From positions 1,529 to 65,528 of the forward strand of contig JABWCL010000024.1 of NCBI GenBank assembly GCA_013360295.1: a stretch of DNA of 64,000 nucleotides. The letters are read 5' to 3'. The position numbers and the translations under genes were made by a program. Shown piece after piece: positions 56,115 through 64,000 of this stretch (position 1 is the first letter of the stretch; each line of letters opens with the position of its first letter). The DNA is from Ignavibacteriaceae bacterium (lineage in GTDB: Bacteria; Bacteroidota; Ignavibacteria; Ignavibacteriales; Ignavibacteriaceae). The notes under the pieces are model-generated. The model had not been told where the DNA came from and searched no databases. It was given only the letters and a program-made list of their open reading frames with translations.

Positions 56115-58658
56115 ATGAAGACCGTACGCGAATTTATGCTGCGCCACCAGGAAAGTATTCTGATTGTAGCCACAATCGTACTGGGATTTTTCGCCCTGAT
56201 GGCTTTTATTGCCACTGTTACCTTCCACCGGACTTCAAATGACGAGTGCCTCTGGATCAATCAAAAATCTCCGGAAAGAGGGAAAATGCTCGTTATCACA
56301 CAGATCAAGAAAGGAGGTGTCACTGACCAGGGGGGTATAAAGGACGGTGATATTCTGCTTAAGATCAACGGGAATGAACTCGAGAGTGACCTTCACGCGC
56401 AGGGAATACTTAACTCTATGAGAGAAGGCGACTCCGCGAGATATACTATCAGCCGGGGGGGAGTAATGATGGATAAGTACATCAAAATAAAAAAACTTGT
56501 TAATTATTATAACGTTAGCGTAACCCTGCTGGCTTTAATATGGCTGCTCGTAGGATTCGTGGTGAAAATGTCGAAACCTGACGGGCTTACTCAGAGACTG
56601 TTTTACAGGATCGGTGCAGGGTACTGCGTGAATGTATCCGTACTTTTGTTCAATCCGTTTGGTTCAACTCTGCCGACCACGTTCCTCGCCGGTATGTATG
56701 TGGTTTTATGGGTGTACGTTACAAATTTTATCCCGTCATTCATACTTCATTTCTTCTCGGTTTTCCCGACTGAATTTAAGTTCTCAAAGAAAAAGTATTT
56801 CCTGTTTCTTGTTTACGGCATACCATTTGTCTTAAGCACGATCGCGCTTGTCAGGGGATTTTTTACGTTCGCAGAAACCGGTATCATTGATTTTAGGACG
56901 CCATTTAATATTGTAATGAACGCCGGGCTTCCTTTTTCATACATAATCGCCTTGTTTTTCCTCATTCTGGGACTAAAATACAATAAAGACAAGAGCAGGA
57001 AAAAAGCGCTGGTGATAATCCTTGCCTCCTACATTTTAGGAACGCTTGGTATTGCATTTGTTACGATTGTCGCTCCCCGGATTGGCGACATTATATATAA
57101 TACGCCGGAGTATTACACTCCGATAATACTTATGATCTTACTTCCGCTTTCATTCGGTTATTCAATTTTCCGATATAACCTTATGGATGTAAGCGACGTG
57201 GTAAAAAATACCGTCACTTATGGATTCGCGACCATTCTTCTGGCTGCGTTGTATCTTGGAGTGGTCTATGGATTGGGACAGGCAGTGGGAGGAGTAATGC
57301 CGGATGAATACAGGAATATCTCCGCGCTGGTCGCATTCATTCTCTTCGGCGTGATTTTCCAATCTTACAGGGAAAAGATTCAGGAATCATTAACCCGCAG
57401 GTTCTATCCCGAGCAGCACGAGGCAAGAAGGATTCTGATTGAATTCAGTAATAACCTTTCAAACATAATTGGATATAAAAACATTATCTCCAGCCTGGAG
57501 AGCGTGTTTATTTCGACTCTTAAAGTAAAGGTGTTTGGGATATGCCTGATGCAGCAGGAGAATTTCTGTAACTGTGAAAGTTCGACCGGTTTCAAATTTG
57601 GCTTCGACCGGATTGATTATCACGAGTCCAGCTTTCAGAATTTTGTGGCTGACAAGAAATTGAGAAAAGCGCAGATCGCAATTGAAGGCGCTGATTTTGA
57701 CAGTGTATTCCCGAATTATGCAGCGAAGTTCAGGGAGAACGGGATATTCACCATAATCCCAATGATGTCAAATGATCAGCTCCTCGGGTTTCTACTTTTC
57801 GGACTTAAACGTTCCGGCTCTAAGTTTGGTGGGAGTGATCTTGATCTATTGGTCGCTGTATCAAACCAGACCTCAGCCGCAATTGAAAATGCAAGGCTGT
57901 ACGCTGCTGAAGCTGACCGTATGAATATTGAAAAAGAACTCGAACTGGCAAGAAAAATTCAGCAAAGCCTGTTACCAAACAATTTCCCGAAGATTGAGGG
58001 ACTGGAGATCTTCGGACAGATGCGTCCCGCCAAACAGGTCGGCGGTGATTATTTCGATGTAATACACCGTGACGGGAATAAACTTTATGTGATAGTCGGA
58101 GATGTTTCGGGGAAAGGATTAGCCGCGTCTTTGTATATGACAAAAATCCAGACAATGCTGCAGTTCGCGTGTGAGTCCGGTGAATCGCCCGTAAAGATTC
58201 TGACTGATATCAATCCCAAAATTTATCAGATGCTGGATAAACATTCGTTCATAACAATATCGCTCGGTTTATTTGATATGAACGAAAAAGTCCTGCATTA
58301 CTGCCGTGCCGGACATTTACCGTTGATCGTTTCAGAAAACGGGCGTGCGTTTGAGGTGAAGGGAACGGGGATAGCACTGGGAATAGAACACGGTAAGATC
58401 TTCAATTCGGTAATCAATGAAGAAAAGATCGAGCTGAAAAGCGAACAGGTATTCCTTTTCTATTCGGACGGAATAACGGAAGCGATGAATTCAAGCCACG
58501 AAATGTTTGAAACAGAAAAATTGCTGAGTATAGTTCAGGAAAATAAAAAACTGCCTGCTAGCGAGATCACCGGGAAGATCATAGCAGAAGTGGATAATTT
58601 CAGGCACGGCTTCCAGCAGAATGACGATATGACGCTGGTGGCGGTGAAAGTGATTTAG
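56115..58658 (+). CDS. PDZ / multi-TM / GAF / SpoIIE (PP2C-type) serine phosphatase
   Basis: N-terminal TM, then PDZ (ITQIKKGGVTDQGGIKDGDILLKINGNEL), about 8 TM spans, GAF end (...VSNQTSAAIENARLYAAE). PP2C region ARKIQQSLLP...GGDYFDVI...VGDVSGKGLAASLYMT...SDGITEA...DDMTLVAVKV. The ATG abuts the upstream TAG. Confidence 0.85.
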   Translation: MKTVREFMLRHQESILIVATIVLGFFALMAFIATVTFHRTSNDECLWINQKSPERGKMLVITQIKKGGVTDQGGIKDGDILLKINGNELESDLHAQGILNSMREGDSARYTISRGGVMMDKYIKIKKLVNYYNVSVTLLALIWLLVGFVVKMSKPDGLTQRLFYRIGAGYCVNVSVLLFNPFGSTLPTTFLAGMYVVLWVYVTNFIPSFILHFFSVFPTEFKFSKKKYFLFLVYGIPFVLSTIALVRGFFTFAETGIIDFRTPFNIVMNAGLPFSYIIALFFLILGLKYNKDKSRKKALVIILASYILGTLGIAFVTIVAPRIGDIIYNTPEYYTPIILMILLPLSFGYSIFRYNLMDVSDVVKNTVTYGFATILLAALYLGVVYGLGQAVGGVMPDEYRNISALVAFILFGVIFQSYREKIQESLTRRFYPEQHEARRILIEFSNNLSNIIGYKNIISSLESVFISTLKVKVFGICLMQQENFCNCESSTGFKFGFDRIDYHESSFQNFVADKKLRKAQIAIEGADFDSVFPNYAAKFRENGIFTIIPMMSNDQLLGFLLFGLKRSGSKFGGSDLDLLVAVSNQTSAAIENARLYAAEADRMNIEKELELARKIQQSLLPNNFPKIEGLEIFGQMRPAKQVGGDYFDVIHRDGNKLYVIVGDVSGKGLAASLYMTKIQTMLQFACESGESPVKILTDINPKIYQMLDKHSFITISLGLFDMNEKVLHYCRAGHLPLIVSENGRAFEVKGTGIALGIEHGKIFNSVINEEKIELKSEQVFLFYSDGITEAMNSSHEMFETEKLLSIVQENKKLPASEITGKIIAEVDNFRHGFQQNDDMTLVAVKVI

Positions 58659-58693
58659 AATTAAGAATTAAAAATTAAGAATTAAGAATTGAT
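58659..58693 (+). repeat. Heptamer tandem repeat (AATTAAG)x~5
   Basis: aattaag aattaaa aattaag aattaag aattgat, starting immediately after the stop codon at 58656-58658. Confidence 0.9.
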
Positions 58694-59204
58694 TCAAACT
58701 CCAACCTTTTTTCAAAGGAGACGCACTAAGTTGCCGAAGCGGGAGGTTGGGATGGGTTCTCGAATAAGATGTGCTAACAGAGCTTTTTCGAATAAGTCAT
58801 ATTAAGATTTATTACTCGAATAACAAACCTCGAACCAAAAGTGCATTTATTAATTAATGGCTTTCTTTTCAGCAATCCACAATTTCAACAAATCCCAAAC
58901 TGCTTCTTTTGCCCCCTTCCTTTACTTTTTTTTCCTGGAACTATTTATTTCAAATTTGAATTACTTCCATTGTAACCCTCTGAGGTTCCAGTCTTCATTA
59001 ATATTTGCCAATTAGCAAATATCTGAGGATTTCATAGGAAATATTCACGAATTTAGGGCGTGAATTTTGGGACTTCTCGGAGACATTAATTAAACTAAAT
59101 TTGGAAACAAAATAAACGGAAAACGTTTCCGATGGAATAGGGCTTGTCCCTTTTCTTTTTACCTATCCGGAAACGATTTAAACGATAAATGTTTACAACG
59201 AAAA

Positions 59205-59855
59205 ATGACAGAAGAAAAAGAGATACGAAACAGAATAATTACTATGGCCCAAGAGCTGTTTGTTCAGTACGGTTTTAGTAAATCAACGATGGAGGAAATA
59301 GCCGGGCAGCTCTCTATTAGCAAAAAAACGCTTTATAAGCACTTCCGGAATAAGGAAGAGATCCTACGCGAAGGTTTTAAGTTGATGAAGTGCGACATAG
59401 AAGGCCATATCGATTCGATTATTAACAATACTGAGATGGATTTTATGGAGAAGCTCAGTAAAATAATGCTGTTTGTTGCTGATAAAGTTAATCAGTTCAA
59501 AGGGCATTTTATGACTGATTTGCAGAGAAATCATCCTGAAATTTATTCCGAGATTCAGGAGTTCAGGAGGAAAAATACTTACGCGAAAATGTCACTCCTT
59601 ATTAACGAGGGTGTAGAGAAAGGCGTATTTCGGGGAGATGTTGACAAAAACCTGCTGGTAATAATGTACACAAGCGCGATAAACGCAGTAATTAATCCGG
59701 ATGTACTATCAAAACTCCCTTTATCGGGAGAAGCAGCCTACCGCTCAATCATTAGTGTGTTGTTCGAGGGTATGCTCACGGAACAAGGAAGAGAATTTTT
59801 TGATAACGAAAATTTTAACAGGAAAGAAGAATTAGCAAATGAAATCATTTTATAA
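59205..59855 (+). CDS. TetR/AcrR-family transcriptional regulator
   Basis: N-terminal HTH: IITMAQELFVQYGFSKSTMEEIAGQLSISKKTLYKHFRNKEEIL. Confidence 0.9.
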   Translation: MTEEKEIRNRIITMAQELFVQYGFSKSTMEEIAGQLSISKKTLYKHFRNKEEILREGFKLMKCDIEGHIDSIINNTEMDFMEKLSKIMLFVADKVNQFKGHFMTDLQRNHPEIYSEIQEFRRKNTYAKMSLLINEGVEKGVFRGDVDKNLLVIMYTSAINAVINPDVLSKLPLSGEAAYRSIISVLFEGMLTEQGREFFDNENFNRKEELANEIIL

Positions 59856-61164
59856 TTTTTTTGCAGTGGCACTGATTCTAGTGTCTTTGTTGCCCCGCTC
59901 AACTTATAGCCAGGATAAACTGATGCTCACTCTCGATAAAGCTGTCGAGACCGGGCTAGCGAATAACAAAAATCTGAAGATTGCCTACTACGGGCTGAAA
60001 GGGGCGGAGGCAAAACTAAATGAAACGGGAACTTCCCGGCTTCCTTCACTATCGGCATCGTTAGTTTACACACGCCTGAGTGAGGTAGATCCATTTATTC
60101 TCGCCACACCTTTTGGGACATTCGATATATCCCCATCAATTCTAAACAGCTACACATCTAAACTGACTCTCACTCAGCCTATTTTTACCGGCTTTAAGTT
60201 AAACAGCGCGATTAACCTCGCGGAAATCGGGGTTGAGAACGCGAAAGAAGACTTTAATAAAAATCGGGACGATGTGGTGCTGAATGTAAAATCAGCTTAC
60301 TGGAATATGTATAAGGCAAAGCAATTTGCGGCACTGCTGGATGAGAATATACAGCAGATAAATGCAAGGCTTAAAGACGCTAAAAATCTGTTTGATCAGG
60401 GCCTTATTACAAGAAATGATGTGCTGAAGCTTGAGGTTCAGCTTTCTGATATTCTTTACCGGAAGACAGATGCTGATAATGCCGCGGAGCTAGCAAAGTT
60501 AGCGCTTAACAACGCAATGGGCCTGCCGCTTATAACTGAGACTGATATCACCGATAAAGCAGAGGTATCAGAAATGGCGAATATTAATCTAACCGACCTG
60601 ATCAACACCGCAAAAACAAACCGGCCCGAGATAAAATCCGCAGGTTTAAGAATGAAAGCGGGCGAAACGAATATCACGATGGCCAAATCAGGGTGGTATC
60701 CGCAGGTTGCAGCGGTCGGTAACTATAATTACGCCAGGCCAAACCAGAGGATCTTTCCCACGAAGGATGAATTTAAAGGTACCTGGGATTTAAGCCTCTC
60801 TGTTAGTTTTAATATCTGGAACTGGATGGCGACTTCTTATCAAACCGAACAGGCTGAGGTGCAGTTAGAGCAGGCTAAGGATGGTTACAGGAGCGTTGAA
60901 GACCTTGTTGTACTTGATGTTACACAGAGTTACCTGGGACTTAAACAGGCTAACAATAAAGTAAAGATATCTGAACTCGGCGTGAAACAGGCCGCGGAAA
61001 ATTACAGGCTTACAAGCGACCGTTTCAAGCAGGGATTAGTACTCAGTGCTGATGTAATTGACGCGGAAGTGGCGCTGCTTCAGGCAAAAACAAATTTAAA
61101 TAACTCGACGGTTGATTATATGATATCACTCGCGAAACTTAACAGAGCAATCGGAAAACAATAA
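59839..61164 (+). CDS. TolC-family outer-membrane efflux protein
   Basis: 441 aa with a signal peptide. Two-repeat OEP architecture (LTLDKAVETGLANNKNLK..., ...LLQAKTNLNNSTVDYMISLAKLNRAIG). 17-nt overlap with the TetR gene. Confidence 0.85.
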   Translation: MKSFYNFFAVALILVSLLPRSTYSQDKLMLTLDKAVETGLANNKNLKIAYYGLKGAEAKLNETGTSRLPSLSASLVYTRLSEVDPFILATPFGTFDISPSILNSYTSKLTLTQPIFTGFKLNSAINLAEIGVENAKEDFNKNRDDVVLNVKSAYWNMYKAKQFAALLDENIQQINARLKDAKNLFDQGLITRNDVLKLEVQLSDILYRKTDADNAAELAKLALNNAMGLPLITETDITDKAEVSEMANINLTDLINTAKTNRPEIKSAGLRMKAGETNITMAKSGWYPQVAAVGNYNYARPNQRIFPTKDEFKGTWDLSLSVSFNIWNWMATSYQTEQAEVQLEQAKDGYRSVEDLVVLDVTQSYLGLKQANNKVKISELGVKQAAENYRLTSDRFKQGLVLSADVIDAEVALLQAKTNLNNSTVDYMISLAKLNRAIGKQ

Positions 61165-61180
61165 CAGTAAACAGGAGAAA

Positions 61181-62236
61181 ATGAAAATGTCAAAGCTAAA
61201 GTATTTTATAATCGCACTGGTAGTGATGGTTGGAATAGTGGCAATACTGATAAGTAACAAATCGAAGATGGAAGCGAAGTCTAAAGTCGCTACAAAACTC
61301 GTACATTATGTCTCGGTTGTGAAGGCTGAGAAATCTGAAATTAAGCAGGATCTTTCCCTGATCGGGACTTTCAGCGCTGTCAGGGATATTATGGTCCTCT
61401 CAGAAACACAGGGAAGAGTAACCAAAGTAAATATGGCCGTGGGTGAGTATAAATCCGCGGGAAGCGTGCTCGCTGAAGTGGATGATGAACTGAAGAGAGC
61501 GGCTTACAAATCGGCTGAAGCAAATTATGAAAAAACGAAGAAGGATTATGAGCGATTCCAGAAGCTTTTCGAGCAGAACTCAGCAACTGAAGCACAGCTT
61601 GAAAACGCGAAATTCACTTATGTAAATGCTGAGTCACAGTATATTGTAGCGAAGAAGCAGCTCGCGGATACAAAGATAACAACTCCTGTATCCGGAACTG
61701 TAACAATGAAAAATATCGAAGTTGGCACAATGCTTATGAACAACGGCGTGGTCGCCAATATCATTGATATTTCGGGATTGAAGCTGAAAGTAAACGTGGC
61801 TGAGAACGAGGTGGTAAAAATAAAGAAGGGTGACCGAGCGAAGGTTTATTCTGATGTTTATCCGGGTGTAGAGTATACCGGCGTTGTTGAGTCCGTAAGT
61901 GATAAAGGAGACGAATCGCATACATACGCGGTCGAGATAAAGGTGCAGAATAATAATTCAGCCAGGCTGAAGGCCGGAATGTTCGGGCGCGTTGTATTCG
62001 ATAACATCTCAAGCGGGGAATATCTGACAATTCCAAGGAGCGCCGTGCTCGGAAGCGTGAGAGATGCTTATGTGTACATTGCCGAAAACGGCAAAGTTAA
62101 AAAGCGTTTTATCGTAATAGGTAACGATACCGGTACGACTGTGTCTGTTATATCCGGACTTAAGGAAGGTGAGACTGTCGTGACGGCCGGTCAGAATACT
62201 CTCGAAGATGATGTAACGGTTGAAATAGTAAATTAA
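61181..62236 (+). CDS. RND efflux periplasmic adaptor (membrane fusion protein, HlyD-like)
   Basis: N-terminal TM, a coiled-coil hairpin region, ...ITTPVSGTV...GMFGRV... motifs. Located between the TolC and RND genes. Confidence 0.85.
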   Translation: MKMSKLKYFIIALVVMVGIVAILISNKSKMEAKSKVATKLVHYVSVVKAEKSEIKQDLSLIGTFSAVRDIMVLSETQGRVTKVNMAVGEYKSAGSVLAEVDDELKRAAYKSAEANYEKTKKDYERFQKLFEQNSATEAQLENAKFTYVNAESQYIVAKKQLADTKITTPVSGTVTMKNIEVGTMLMNNGVVANIIDISGLKLKVNVAENEVVKIKKGDRAKVYSDVYPGVEYTGVVESVSDKGDESHTYAVEIKVQNNNSARLKAGMFGRVVFDNISSGEYLTIPRSAVLGSVRDAYVYIAENGKVKKRFIVIGNDTGTTVSVISGLKEGETVVTAGQNTLEDDVTVEIVN

Positions 62237-62247
62237 TAAGGGCAGAA

Positions 62248-64000
62248 ATGACAGTAACAGAATTATCAATAAAACGTCCGTCGCTGATAATAATTATATT
62301 TTCGGCGCTGATCGTACTGGGGCTTTTCAGCTACCACCAATTACAGTATGAACTACTCCCCAAATTCAACGCGCCTATACTTACGGTAATGACCGTGTAT
62401 CCCGGCGCCTCACCTAATGAAGTGGAGACGGGAGTATCAAAACCGATTGAAGACGCGCTTTCCGGAATGGATAAGGTTTCCGCGATAAGATCAACCTCAT
62501 CGGAAGGAGTCTCCTTCGTGATAGTTGAGCTTGTGCAGTCCGCGAAAGTTGATATCGCGCTTCAGGACGCGGTAAGAAAGATCAGCGAGGTAACACCAAG
62601 GCTCCCCTCGGGAGCTAAAGCGCCGTCAGTTTCGAAGATAGCGCTTGACGAGATACCCATATTAAGGCTCGGTGCCACGGCGAACCTTTCAACCCGTGAG
62701 TTCTATCAGTTTGTTACCGACCAGGTTAAACCTCAGATCTCCAAAATACCGGGAGTGGGACAAATAACACTGAGCGGAGGAGAAGAACGTGAAATTAAAA
62801 TCAATCTGGACAGGGACCGGATTAAATCTTACGGATTATCAATACTCCAGGTTACTCAGTCTATTAAGAATTCTAATCTTGACTTTCCAACGGGAAAGAT
62901 AGAAGATAAAGACGGGCAGTTTATTGTTCGTGTCGCGGGGAAATTAACTACGATCGAAATGATAAGAGGGCTTGCGATCGGCCAGTCGAAACAGGGGGGA
63001 ATAATATATTTAAGTGATATCGCTGAAGTTGAAGACGGAATTAAAGATCCTGTCAGTTTCAGCAGGCTCAACCTGAAACCAACATTAGCTGTTAATATTC
63101 AGAAGCAGTCTGATGCCAACGCGGTTGAAGTTGCGGGTTTGGTGAAAGAGAAATTAAAAGAGCTGGAAACAGTAAATGCAAACATCGGATTAAAGTTTGA
63201 AATTGCGCAGGACGGCTCGCTCTTTACTATAGACGCGGCAGATGCCGTAAAGTTTGACCTGGCAGTGGCGGTGTTCCTGGTAGCGATGGTGATGCTCCTA
63301 TTCCTCCACAGCCTAAGGAATTCGGTTATTGTACTTGTGGCGGTGCCTGTATCGCTTATAACTACATTCATCGCGATATGGATGTTCGATTTTACACTCA
63401 ACCTGATGACGCTGCTTGCGTTATCACTTGTAGTTGGAATTCTGGTTGACGACTCAATTGTAGTTCTCGAGAACATTTATCATTACCTGGAAAAGGGAGT
63501 GAATAAGAGGGATGCCGCGCTGATAGGAAGAAACGAAATAGGATTTGCGGCGCTGGCGATCACCCTTGTGGATGTGGCAGTATTCCTTCCGCTGGGAATG
63601 ACAAGCGGTATTATCGGAAATATTATGAGGCAGTTCGCGATTGTTGTGGTTGTCTCCACCCTTATGAGCCTTGTGGTATCATTTACTATCACGCCAATGC
63701 TTGCTTCACGTTTTGGAAAGCTGGAGAGGCTGAAAGATACAAACATCTTTGGCAGATTTGCTCTCTGGTTTGAGAAACGTTTCCACGCTTTTACCGAGCA
63801 TTATATGAAACTGCTGAAATGGTCAATGGGTAACAGGGGGAAGGTATCACTCGCTGCGGTGCTGATGTTTGTCGCATCGCTCGCCCTGGCGCCGCTTGGC
63901 TTTATTGGAAGTGAATTCATCGCGGTTGCGGACAGGGGAGAGTTCGCCGTAACAGTAGAACTTCCGCCCGGTTCAACACTTGATAATACAAATAAAATCT
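62248..64000 (+). CDS. RND-family (AcrB/HAE1-like) efflux permease, 3'-truncated by the window edge
   Basis: Not in the ORF track because no stop falls within the window. Manual translation from the ATG at 62248 gives MTVTELSIKRPSLIIIIFSALIVLGLFSYHQLQYELLPKFNAPILTVMTVYPGASPNEVE..., and the frame stays open to 64000. Confidence 0.88.
   Translation, partial: MTVTELSIKRPSLIIIIFSALIVLGLFSYHQLQYELLPKFNAPILTVMTVYPGASPNEVETGVSKPIEDALSGMDKVSAIRSTSSEGVSFVIVELVQSAKVDIALQDAVRKISEVTPRLPSGAKAPSVSKIALDEIPILRLGATANLSTREFYQFVTDQVKPQISKIPGVGQITLSGGEEREIKINLDRDRIKSYGLSILQVTQSIKNSNLDFPTGKIEDKDGQFIVRVAGKLTTIEMIRGLAIGQSKQGGIIYLSDIAEVEDGIKDPVSFSRLNLKPTLAVNIQKQSDANAVEVAGLVKEKLKELETVNANIGLKFEIAQDGSLFTIDAADAVKFDLAVAVFLVAMVMLLFLHSLRNSVIVLVAVPVSLITTFIAIWMFDFTLNLMTLLALSLVVGILVDDSIVVLENIYHYLEKGVNKRDAALIGRNEIGFAALAITLVDVAVFLPLGMTSGIIGNIMRQFAIVVVVSTLMSLVVSFTITPMLASRFGKLERLKDTNIFGRFALWFEKRFHAFTEHYMKLLKWSMGNRGKVSLAAVLMFVASLALAPLGFIGSEFIAVADRGEFAVTVELPPGSTLDNTNKI

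Noticed and set aside
58757-58840. CRISPR array
   Set aside because: There are only three repeats of 9-12 nt with 16-nt 'spacers', far below CRISPR repeat and spacer sizes. No cas genes are in the window. It is reported instead as a phased short-repeat array.
60456-63746. Minus-strand ORFs inside the TolC, MFP and RND genes (for example 61634-61921, 63099-63476, 63483-63746)
   Set aside because: They are antisense to clearly recognisable efflux-system genes and have low-complexity Ser/Thr/Ile-rich translations.

Overview
Most of this window is the conserved bacterial translation/transcription gene super-cluster, all on the + strand from about 4.1 to 35.2 kb. Its order is tRNA-Tyr/Gly/Thr, rpmG, tRNA-Trp, secE, nusG, rplKAJL, rpoBC, the str operon (rpsL, rpsG, fusA, tuf), the S10 operon, the spc operon, then the alpha operon through rplQ. 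The organism looks like a member of the FCB group, probably Ignavibacteria-like. This is inferred from T9SS C-terminal sorting domains, a short (284 aa) Bacteroidetes-style primary sigma factor, and a DAHP synthase with a C-terminal chorismate mutase.

The left flank carries aromatic amino-acid genes, a BNR-repeat T9SS cargo protein and a hairpin-rich spacer. The right-hand 29 kb is more accessory:
- engB, a GAF protein with a degenerate GGDEF domain, and deoB
- a small ORF plus a PIN-domain gene
- two tandem EutN/CcmL (microcompartment vertex) paralogues, the second overlapping the start of the sigma factor gene
- an NlpC/P60 peptidase and a beta-helix T9SS cargo protein
- class II ribonucleotide reductase
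- a LiaF-like protein with an ECF sigma/anti-sigma pair
- a tightly packed partner-switching operon with three different SpoIIE/PP2C sensor phosphatases, one STAS protein and one RsbW-like kinase, but no cognate sigma factor
- a TetR, TolC, MFP and RND efflux operon that runs off the right edge

The items most worth a second look:
- the orphan BMC-P pair coupled to rpoD
- the three-input partner-switching operon
- a tRNA-Gln embedded in the spc operon between rplR and rpsE
- a roughly 70-nt intergenic element present twice, with a compensatory change in its stem
- an inverted-repeat-flanked 185-bp segment upstream of a surface protein gene
- a deoB gene with no canonical start codon for its conserved N-terminus

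All calls come from reading the sequence and the ORF translations. No database search was run.
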